From Pelagomonas calceolata (Eukaryota), in contig CAKKNE010000004.1 of the NCBI GenBank assembly GCA_918797485.1, positions 1,302,001 through 1,366,000 of the forward strand: a stretch of 64,000 nt of DNA. Reading direction: 5' to 3'. This document shows positions 42,582 to 51,489 of the stretch, piece by piece. Below the pieces are notes generated by a model. That model did not search any database. It was not told the origin of the DNA and saw only the letters and a list, made by a program, of their open reading frames with translations. The position numbers were made by a program, and so were the translations under genes. Position 1 is the stretch's first letter. Each line of letters starts with the position of its first letter.

Positions 42582-44582
42582 ATGGTGCGCTCGTCCCTCG
42601 GCCGGTCGGTCCTCCTCGACAGCGGCGGCCTCGCGGAGGAGTACCCCTTCTGCGCGATATCGGTCCCGGATTTCCTGGAAATGACGGAGTGGCAGCCGCA
42701 CCAGGACCTCAAGGCGAGCGGGAAGGTAAAAGAGATGGGCGACAAGGCGGAGGTCCTGTTCTGCTCCCATCAATGGTGCAGCTTCACGCACCCCGTCGCG
42801 CGCGGCGCCCGAAACTCATACGCCTCGCGTCACCAGTCGCTTGCCACACAGGACCCGAACGGCGACCAGCTCCGCGCGCTCCAGACGCAGATCCGGAACC
42901 TGATGAGGGGCAAGACGAAGACCAAGTCAAACTTCATGCTCGACGCCGTGTACTCGTACCCGATGCTCACCACCGGCAAGGAGTGGAAGGAGCGCCTGCC
43001 GAACATGTACATCTGGCTCGACTACTTGTCCATACCCCAGCCGGGCGCCGGCGCCGGCACGGAGAGCTCGGACCACCGCCAAGGCCAGGGGGACCTCGTC
43101 GCGCAGCTCACGGCGGCGGTCAATAGCATCCCGTCCTACATCGCGCGGTCGAGCATGATGTGGATTGTCGTGCCTCCAGTCAACCACGCGTCGCTCGATG
43201 GCGCTATCTGCGACTTTACGTCCTGGAGACGGCGCGGTTGGTGCCGTATGGAGTTCGCCGCGTCGAAGCTGTGCGCTGGAGATGATATGCCATTGATGAT
43301 CGTGAACTCGCCGACGGCGCCGCCGGAGTATTTCAACCCGTGCGACATTTTCAAGCTCTGCGCCGCGCGAGGCGATTTTACGGTAGACAGCGATCGGGAC
43401 GCGGTCAACGAGACACTCACAAAAATGCTGAAGGCCAAGGTCGAAGCGTACGGCAAGGAGGACATCACGGTGGCGCGGCTGCTGCAGGTCTTCTCGCCGC
43501 TCTTCGTGCCGCGCGAGGCCTACTACGGCAGCTCCAGTGGGTTGGATCACCTCAAATCGTTTCTCAAGTGGCGGAGCGACGACGAGGAGGCCGCGTGGGA
43601 GGCCGAGACGGGCTGGAACCTCCTGACGCTCGCCTGCGCGATGGACGACGGAGACGCTGTTGATGCGCTGCTCGCCCAGGACGCCGCGACGGTCAAACGC
43701 CTGGTCGAGGCCAAGGGCACGGACATGGTGGTCAAGGGGAATAGCAAGAAGGGAACGCGGCTCCGGCGCGAGCCGCTGGGCCAGAAGCTGCTGCAGTACG
43801 CGGTCAACATGACGCCCCTTGTCGCCGCCATGACGTTTGCGTCGCGGGCGGTGTGCGAGAAGCTGCTGGACGCGGGGGCGCCGGTCGAGCGCGACGGGCT
43901 AGCGCTCCTCGGCGATCGGCCTTGTACGTTCAAGGGCGCCGTGACCGCGGGCAAACACGAGAACGTCGACCTATTCCTCGAACGCTATCCGCAATACGCG
44001 AACGCCAAGCATCCGGACTCAGAAGCGTGCCCGCTTCATTTTGCGGCGTTGTCGTCGCAGTGCCGCGGGCAGAAGAAGGTAGTAGAGGCTCTGCTCAAAC
44101 ACGGCGCCGCGGAGTCGCTTGTCAGTCGTAATGGCATCTGGTACGGCTCGGTGCTCGCCACGTCGTGTAATACCTACGATCAGGACCATGACGCGGTCCG
44201 TCTGCTCATGAAGGCTGGCGCGGACCCCGCAAAGCCGGAGGTGCTGCACTCGCAAGCCAAGTTTCTCCGACGCCTCTCGGGCGTCTTCGGCTTCCTAGGC
44301 GTCCTCGAGATGGCTGCCTTCAACCGAATGCTGACGGCGCTTCCCCAGCGCTGGAAGCAGACACCGACGCACATTGCGGCGGCGCGCGGAGACGTCGCAC
44401 TTGTGAAAGTCCTCGCCGAGCACGAGAAGTTTCCGGTTGCCGCGAAGTCGACCGACACCAAGGGCCGAACGCCCGTCGCCGTCGTGGACGACGAGGCGCC
44501 CAAGGCCGCGATCGCGGACATCGTCGGGCCGGTCGCGGTCGCGACGCCCGTCCCGGGCAACAAGGTCGCCCCGGAGCAATGA
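42582..44582 (+). CDS. HET-like domain + ankyrin repeats; exons 42582-42794, 42852-44582
   Basis: FCSHQW, HP|DPNGDQL after removing the 57-nt in-frame GT-AG intron 42795-42851, YIWLDYLSIPQ, AVNSIPSYI, RGWCRME; ankyrin motifs TPLVAA, CPLHFAA, TPTHIAAARG. Confidence 0.8.
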   Translation: MVRSSLGRSVLLDSGGLAEEYPFCAISVPDFLEMTEWQPHQDLKASGKVKEMGDKAEVLFCSHQWCSFTHPVARGARNSYASRHQSLATQDPNGDQLRALQTQIRNLMRGKTKTKSNFMLDAVYSYPMLTTGKEWKERLPNMYIWLDYLSIPQPGAGAGTESSDHRQGQGDLVAQLTAAVNSIPSYIARSSMMWIVVPPVNHASLDGAICDFTSWRRRGWCRMEFAASKLCAGDDMPLMIVNSPTAPPEYFNPCDIFKLCAARGDFTVDSDRDAVNETLTKMLKAKVEAYGKEDITVARLLQVFSPLFVPREAYYGSSSGLDHLKSFLKWRSDDEEAAWEAETGWNLLTLACAMDDGDAVDALLAQDAATVKRLVEAKGTDMVVKGNSKKGTRLRREPLGQKLLQYAVNMTPLVAAMTFASRAVCEKLLDAGAPVERDGLALLGDRPCTFKGAVTAGKHENVDLFLERYPQYANAKHPDSEACPLHFAALSSQCRGQKKVVEALLKHGAAESLVSRNGIWYGSVLATSCNTYDQDHDAVRLLMKAGADPAKPEVLHSQAKFLRRLSGVFGFLGVLEMAAFNRMLTALPQRWKQTPTHIAAARGDVALVKVLAEHEKFPVAAKSTDTKGRTPVAVVDDEAPKAAIADIVGPVAVATPVPGNKVAPEQ

Positions 44583-44657
44583 CATTGCGAATTTCAGTGC
44601 TCCGTTCCCACCCTGCTTAATCACACTGCTACACCATTACACACCACACGATGATCG

Positions 44658-45236
44658 CTAGCCCGCCGCGCGCCGCCGCGCCGCGCCCAGCTCCGCGACG
44701 CGCCGCCGCTCGTCCGCCTGAGCGGGAGACACCGCGCCCAGCAGCCGGCACGGCGCGCCCGCCACGATGGAGAAGGGCGCCAGGACACTATGATCCGGCA
44801 CGACCGCGCCCGCCGCGACCACACAATAATCCTTGAGCACCGCTTGGGACCCAATGACCGCGCCCTTCCCAACAACGCACCCGACGCCTATTGTAGCGTC
44901 ATGTATGACCGCGTCCGCCTGGAGCAACGCGTGCGAGCCGACGCTCGCGCCGCCGTGTACCAAGACTCGCGGACCGACGTCCACGTACCTCCCAATACCC
45001 ACGGGCCCCGCGTCGCCCCTAATCTCCGCCGCGCCTCTTACCACAGCATCGCCGGCGACGCGCACGCGCTCGGCGCCCTGGACCTTTGCCGTCTTTGCGA
45101 CGAGCGTCGACCGCGCGGCCGTCCAATTGTCGGACGCGTAGTCGTCATCTTCTTCGTCGCAGATGCAGACGCTGGCGATGGCTTCGAGCGGCGTGCGCGG
45201 CGTCCACTGTGCGGCCGCGTCGACGGCGGCGCTCAT
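44658..45236 (-). CDS. DCTN5: Dynactin subunit 5 (p25)-like left-handed beta-helix protein
   Basis: EIRGD..IGRY, IGVGCVVGKGAVIG...LKDYC, VVPDHSVLAPFSIVAGAP match p25 hexapeptide repeats. Confidence 0.7.
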   Translation of the reverse strand: MSAAVDAAAQWTPRTPLEAIASVCICDEEDDDYASDNWTAARSTLVAKTAKVQGAERVRVAGDAVVRGAAEIRGDAGPVGIGRYVDVGPRVLVHGGASVGSHALLQADAVIHDATIGVGCVVGKGAVIGSQAVLKDYCVVAAGAVVPDHSVLAPFSIVAGAPCRLLGAVSPAQADERRRVAELGAARRRAAG

Positions 45237-45533
45237 CTCAGCCTCAGCGCTCGGCAGCGCTGCTGTCCAGCACTCGTGCTGCACTCGGCTGCTTGCGGCA
45301 CTGTTTTTTTGCAGCTATCTGAGCAATATGGCGGGGCGCGGCTGGAGCCGGCGCCTAATAAGGTATCGGTATAGTACCTTATACCTCGGTATGGTACCTC
45401 GCAGCGCCCCAGGCCTGGGCCGAGAGCCGAGAGCCGAGGCAGCCGCACGGCCGTCGCTCGTCGGGCAGCACAGCACGCCTGTCTGGGCAGCCCCTGAGCC
45501 GGGCTAGCCCGCTCGCGCCGTCGGGCAGCCAGG

Positions 45534-47579
45534 ATGGCCGCCGCACCCCCCGAGCAGCCTGGAGACGCCAAGCCGCAGGAGAGCGGCCCGCCGCCGCCGC
45601 CGGACATGGAGGAGCTTGTCGAGGACATCGAGTACGAGGCGCGCGTCGATAGAGACGTGTCCGGTGTTGTGGATGTCGTGCGCGACGCGCTCGAGGACCA
45701 CGGCAAAAACATCTTGGACGTGGCTGGTGCTTGTGCGGACAAAGCCGACGACGACGTCACCGCACTACAAGATGAGGATGGTGTTGTAGACCCCGAGGCC
45801 GTGGCGTCGAAGTGTAGAAAAGTACGATTACAATTGGGATATGACCTAGAGAAGGCCTGGCGCAAAGCTGTTAATGACTCCTGCGATTCTACAAGAGAGT
45901 TGGTCGATAACGCCTTGGAAGCGCACGCGACGAAGACCCATCGTAGATTAAGATGGCTCAAGGGCCGGTTCCTCGAGAGTCTCACGACCCAGAGGGGCGC
46001 CTCCAAGGCTAATGAGAGGAACCTGAGGACCCAGTATGCTGGTGAACAGAAACAAGCATTAACAAAACAAAGGGAATTACATCGGGCGGCCATCGCCGAA
46101 GTTCTAGATCGCATCAAGAAGCAAGAGCAAGAGTCCAAAGCTAGATACGATGCTCTCGAGAGAAGGTGCGCCTTGGCCGAAGGTAGGCTAGAACGATCTG
46201 GCATAGAATGCGAGAATCTGAAGAGTGAACTCTCGTTATACAAGATCGAGGACGACGAGAGCGATATCGATCCGATCGACCGGATATTTATCAACGGTGA
46301 GATGAACCTGAGGTCCACGGGAGTCGAGCGCTTGCAAGCCCTCGAGAAAGGTGATCTCTGCACGCAAGGCGAGAGTACGGGAGTAGGCCTGTCGCCGGAA
46401 AACTTCCGGAAAATCAAGGCTGAGTTAAGAAGGTTAAAAGGTACCATAAAGATGCTCGAGATATCACTGAAAGACACGCAACAGACTCTACAAAAAAGAG
46501 ACTGGATGATCACGGACCAGAAGAATTCGCTCGTCAAAGAAAAACAGCGCTGCGACAAGTTGCTCGACAAAAAGCAAAAACACGAGCGCGAGATCCGGAA
46601 CCTCCTGAAACGCATCGATGCGACGAACAAGGCGCTGGAGAAGGAGAAATCGGTAAGGAAGAAGCTCCAGACCGAGCTCGAGAAGCGGCCGTCTCCGGAA
46701 CCGGAGCGAAGCTCGCGGAGCTCCCGACCGTCGCAAATTCAAAGGAGAAGGTCCTCGCGCGAGTCGACCGCCGAGCTGTCCCTGCCCGCGTCGCCGCCGC
46801 CGTCGCGCGAGCCGCTGCGGCGGGCCGAGTCGGCCGCGCGCATGTCCGAGCCTCCTTCACCACAGCGACGCCCGGCGTCGCGCGACCGGCCCGCGTCGCG
46901 GGCGCGGACGCCCGCCGCGGAGTCCGAGGGGAGTCCCTACTTCCCCGACGCCGACCATGATCCTTTACTAAGAGTGTCGCGGCCGCCGTCCTACGACGAC
47001 TATGTAGATGAGGAGCCGCGTGTGATTATTCAGAGAGACGTCCGGGTGGAGGAAGCGTTGAAGAAGCAGGCCAAGGAGTACAAGGCCAAGTGTCGACGGG
47101 AGCGCGACGAGGCCGTCGCGATCATCACTGCGAGGGCCGACGGCGAGACGCGGAGGGCCAAGGTCGCTCACGAGAAGTGTCAGGGTTTAGAAAGGGACGT
47201 CTCCCGTAGCTTGGAGAGGATAGCGAGGTTGGAACTCGTCGTCAGCGAGAAGACGGCTTTAGTAGGTGAGCTCACTAGATTAGCTCGAGAACAACGCGCA
47301 CGGGCCGAGGCCGCGGAAAAACAACAAAAATTACATGTGACGTCCATCGGCGACGACATTTCGCGCTACCAGACGGGCCCGACGAAGCGGACGACGCCTT
47401 TGTTGGAGCCCGTGACGGGCCGCGTCGGCCACGTCGGCGCGCCCCTGCGCCAGCCGCCGCCGAACGCCGACCACGTACCGGGGCCGCCCCTCAAACAACG
47501 ATTGAGGGCCCAACTGCGGTTCCAAGTGAATAGGAGACGGATTATCGAAGAGGCGAAGCTCATGGCCGGGGCGGAGTAA
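45534..47579 (+). CDS. Long coiled-coil protein, unknown function
   Basis: 681-aa ATG ORF, E/K/R/L-rich heptads with a Ser/Pro/Arg linker. Confidence 0.8.
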   Translation: MAAAPPEQPGDAKPQESGPPPPPDMEELVEDIEYEARVDRDVSGVVDVVRDALEDHGKNILDVAGACADKADDDVTALQDEDGVVDPEAVASKCRKVRLQLGYDLEKAWRKAVNDSCDSTRELVDNALEAHATKTHRRLRWLKGRFLESLTTQRGASKANERNLRTQYAGEQKQALTKQRELHRAAIAEVLDRIKKQEQESKARYDALERRCALAEGRLERSGIECENLKSELSLYKIEDDESDIDPIDRIFINGEMNLRSTGVERLQALEKGDLCTQGESTGVGLSPENFRKIKAELRRLKGTIKMLEISLKDTQQTLQKRDWMITDQKNSLVKEKQRCDKLLDKKQKHEREIRNLLKRIDATNKALEKEKSVRKKLQTELEKRPSPEPERSSRSSRPSQIQRRRSSRESTAELSLPASPPPSREPLRRAESAARMSEPPSPQRRPASRDRPASRARTPAAESEGSPYFPDADHDPLLRVSRPPSYDDYVDEEPRVIIQRDVRVEEALKKQAKEYKAKCRRERDEAVAIITARADGETRRAKVAHEKCQGLERDVSRSLERIARLELVVSEKTALVGELTRLAREQRARAEAAEKQQKLHVTSIGDDISRYQTGPTKRTTPLLEPVTGRVGHVGAPLRQPPPNADHVPGPPLKQRLRAQLRFQVNRRRIIEEAKLMAGAE

Positions 47580-48019
47580 CTGGTGTTTCTTGGCTTCTTC
47601 TCTACTATTCCCTTCCTGTTGCGGTGCTAGGACTAGTGGCGACGCCCCTGGGGAGGACACCGCGGCCTTGTTTTCGCGCGCGCCTTTGAGCATAGGTCTC
47701 GATAGATACCCAAAGGCAAAGCGTCGCACCGTACCCATCCTAGAGCGAGTCCCAGGGCTCCCGCGCTTGGGAAATCCCGCGTGGGCTAGCGGCCTGTAAG
47801 ACACTAGCAAGCACGATCACCTGCCAAACCTTCACAGGTTTGCGCTACCAACGCGTCGTTTCACCTAGCTCGGACCGTTGGGACCAAGCCCGATATTGCG
47901 CTAACTGAATTAGCCGCAAACTCAGGCGCCAAAAGTCGCGCGCCGCCAAAATCATTGAGATATAGCCCAGAGGTCCTACACGTTGAGGATACGTCGACGC
48001 GGCGCGGTGCGCACAAAAA

Positions 48020-49333
48020 ATGGCAGACCCATTCGCTGACGCGGCGGACTACTTCGGCGACGACGCCGCGCCGACGCCGCCGCGGCCGGCCCTCTTCCCC
48101 GCGCCCAGCGCGGAGGAGGTCGCCGAGGCCAAGGCGCGCAAGGAGGCGGCCGCCGCGACGCCCGAGTCCTCTCCGCCGCCGCCGCCGGCGCGCAAGCGCC
48201 CGAAGCAGCGCGGCCTGCGCGTCGGCGCGTGGTCGGACGAGGAGGTCGCCTACGCCGAGCGCGTGTCGGACTTGTATCGGCAGGGCAAGCTCCCGAACTG
48301 CCCGGATGGGACAACATTAAGGAGCCTCCTCGCCACGCTGCTCAACTGTCAGCCGATGCGAATCAGTAAGAAGCTGTGTGGAAATCAACCAGTGAGTTAG
48401 GTTATCCCGAGAAATATTGCGTGGACCTTCGTGAGCCTCCACGCCATCGAGCCGACGTGGCCACGGGGACGTGGAATCTCCACGCCATCGAGCAGATGCA
48501 GTTACGGAGACGACGTCGCGTCGATGGCGTGGGGCGCCCGAAATTTGATTTCCACACAGGTAAGAAGTACTCGGGCGAGGCCTGGGCGCACCGCGGGAAG
48601 CGGCCCTACCGCCACGTGGGTCCGCCTGATGCGGCGACGGTCGACGGCCTGTTCCGCGTCGAGAACGCCTTCCACCGCGCGCTCCGGCCGGGCGCGACGC
48701 TCCACACGTCGCTCCTCGGCACGTCGGGACTTGTGTGGAAATCAACGCCATCGAGCCGACGTCGCGTGACTCGCGTACATCGAGTAGACGAAACTTGAGT
48801 TCCCATAGGTCGGGCCTAGCCACGCCCGCTGGCGCGGCGACGCGCGTGCGCGACGGCCTGCCCGCGACGGAGAGCCGGCTCTCCGTGATCGAGGCGCCGT
48901 CGCCCAAGAAGCCGCGCGGCGACGCCTACTGGGGCTCGCCCGAGTCCGCGCCCGTACCGGCCCCGCTCTTCGCGGAGCCGCCCACGCCGCCGCCGCCGCC
49001 GCCGGCCCCGCTCTGGGCGCCCTTCGAGCCGCAGCCGCTCCAACCGCCGCCGCCGGCGACGCCGCCGCCGCACGTCGCGGCCGCGGCCCAGCGCCTCATT
49101 GACTCCTTGCACGCGGCGCTCGCTGGCCCCTGTGTGGAAATCAAATTGAGGGCGCCCCACGCGATGTTGTCCCCGTGACCGCGTCGGCTCGATGGCGGAA
49201 CCTAACTCACTGGTTGATATCCACACAGGCGGGCCCGAGCCCGCCTTCTTTGGAAGACCTCCGCCTCCGCGCGCCGGCCCTCTACGCGCAGGCCGTGGCC
49301 GCGGCCGCGGCGGGCGCGAGCGCGCCGTTCTGA
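48020..49333 (+). CDS. Myb/HTH-like putative transcription factor, paralog 1; exons 48020-48365, 48560-48722, 48809-49121, 49229-49333
   Basis: LRVGAWSDEEVAYA...LPNCPDGTTLRSLLATLLNCQPMRISKKY; three introner introns restore the frame. Confidence 0.85.
48374..48559. mobile_element. Introner element, 186 bp (intron 48366-48559)
   Basis: Perfect 15-bp TIR; perfect TSD GTAAGAAG. Confidence 0.95.
48731..48808. mobile_element. Introner element, 78 bp (intron 48723-48808)
   Basis: TTGTGTGGAAATCAA...TTGAGTTCCCATAG; TSD GTCGGGAC/GTCGGGCC (7/8). Confidence 0.88.
49130..49228. mobile_element. Introner element, 99 bp, reverse orientation (GC-AG intron 49122-49228)
   Basis: TIR CTGTGTGGAAATCAA...TTGATATCCACACAG; TSD GCTGGCCC/GCGGGCCC (7/8). 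Confidence 0.92.
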
Positions 49334-49640
49334 GGACGGTGCGCGGACGACCTTGCCTCTCGGTCGTAAAACACGGTGCCCCACGAGCTCGCCACTCGCT
49401 CGCGAAACACGGCACAAGCACCCCGTGCGCGTCCGGCGTCCGCCTTCGACTCGCGGAGCTCGACTCACCTTGCGATGCCCGCGCAGACAACCCCCTCGAC
49501 GAGCCCGCCTCTCGCTCGGAAAACACGGCGCATTCCGCCCCCCTGGACATAGTATGACTAAATAATAGCAACCATCTTAATCCGGAGGACGGCGGGGAGA
49601 TGGGTCACTCGCGGCCCGCTCCTCGGCGGCGGCGAGTTTT

Positions 49641-51062
49641 TCACTCGCGGCGGGCGAGTCGGTCCGCCGCGGCGGCGAGCGCTTTCTGGTAGAGGTCGGG
49701 CGCGGTCCGCTGGAGGTCCTCCAGAGTCGGCGGCGTCGGCCCGGCGAGCGCCGCGTGGAGCGAGTCGATGAGGCGCTGGGCCTCGGTGCGGACTGCGGCT
49801 GACGGCGACGAGGACGACGACGAGGCGACGTTGAACGGGAACGCGGCCGCCGGGGCCGGCATGTCCTCTGCTAGCGGGGACGCGGCGACAGCCGCGGCGG
49901 CGGCCGCACGCAGCGCGGCCGCCGCGTCGGCAGCCGGTGGCGCCGACGGCGCAGGCGGCGCGGCGTAGGGCGCCGCTGGCGGCGGCGGCGCGTAGGCGTA
50001 GGGCGGCGGCGCCGGGGGCGCCGCCGCCGACGCGTAGGCGTAGGCCGGGTCCGCGAACGGGTCGTAAGAGGGCGCCTCGTCGCGCGGCCGCTTCGCGCCC
50101 GACGGCGCGGGCGGCGGCTCGACGCGCACCCACTGGCGCTCGCTCACGATCGTCGCGAGGCCGCTCGCGCCGAGGAGCGACGTCGTCAGGACCGAGCCCG
50201 GGCGGAGCGACCGGTGGAACGCGTGCTCGAGGAGCCAGAGCTCCTCGACGACGCGCTGGTCGGGCGCCGCGACGTGGCGGTAGGGTCGCTTGCCGTGGTG
50301 GCTCCAGGACTCGCCCGAGTACTTCTTCGACACCTGTGTGGAATCAAATTTGCGGCGCGTTCGCGCTGAATCGTCGGTTCGACCTCCACGCCATCGACGC
50401 GGCACCTGCTCGATGGCGTGGCGATGGCGGTTCCTCACCGCTCGACGGAGCCAGCGCGGCCACGTCATCGCCGAGAAATGAATTAGTGGAGAATTTTCGG
50501 TGCACCCGACGCACTGGTTGATTTCCACACAGGTCGACACGCGCATGGGCTGGCAGTTCAACAGCTTCGAGAGGAGGATGCGGAGCGTGATGCCGTCTGG
50601 GACCTGTGTGGAAATCATCGCGTCGTCCACGCCATCGTCGCGACGCCTGCTCGATGGCGTGGCGCTGCCGGTTCCTCGCCGCTCGACCCGGAGCACTGGC
50701 TGATTTCTACACAGGTCGGGCGTTCGGGAGGGAGCCCGCTCTATACAAGTCGGCGACGCGCGTGGCGTAGGCGACCTCCTGGGGCGTCCACGCGCCTACG
50801 CGGATATCGCGGCCCGGCGGCGGCCGGGGCGCCTGCGGCCGCGGCCAGGCATCGGGCGGCGGCGGCGGCGGCGGCGCGCCGTAGTTCGCGTACCTGTGCG
50901 CACCCATCCGCTGTCGCGCCGACGTCGACGCGATGACGACGCTACTTACGGCGTTTCGGTTGGTGGAGCGGTCCTGGGTTGCGGCGGGCGCGTCCCGACG
51001 GCCACGGGGGGTGCATCTTGCGCGTCGCCGCCTTGTTGCTCCTGTGTTGTCTCTTGCTGCAT
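49641..51062 (-). CDS. Myb/HTH-like putative transcription factor, paralog 2; exons 51062-50950, 50893-50722, 50603-50541, 50333-49641
   Basis: IRVGAWTPQEVAYA...LPN|VPDGITLRILLSKLLNCQPMR|VSKKY; first intron has a canonical GTAAGT donor. Confidence 0.82.
50334..50532. mobile_element. Introner element, 199 bp (207-nt in-frame intron 50334-50540 on - strand)
   Basis: TIRs present; TSD TTCGACAC/GTCGACAC (7/8). Confidence 0.93.
50604..50714. mobile_element. Introner element, 111 bp (GC-AG intron 50604-50721 on - strand)
   Basis: CTGTGTGGAAATCA...TGATTTCTACACAG; TSD eroded. Confidence 0.88.
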
Positions 51063-51489
51063 TCTTTTTCGGAAACGACGATGGCTTCGTGCGATCGATT
51101 CGACGCTAGCGGTGGGATCTAAACAACGGGCCAGAGCCCAATTTGTACGGGCGCGCGTTTTTTTGGCCACTGTCTAAGCGAGCAACACCCCTCACTTGTT
51201 ATTGAAGTCCTAGTGCCTTACTAAATGCAATAACAAAAGCTCCCTCAACCTCCCGTGGCCCGGTACGTTTCGCTGGCATATACGCACGGAGCTATCTCTC
51301 GCCATCGCCGGGTCGCGCGGTCGCGTTGGGGCCCTTGGGGGGGGGCGCGCTGACTCGGACGACTATATCGGTTACTATGTGCAGCATCACGAGTCGCGGG
51401 TGGCGGCAGTTGTGGGGGAGGGATAGGCCAGAGCTGGCGAGGCTTGAATTGATCCGTTTTTTTCGTTGGTGTGGATCCACCAGTCGCGG

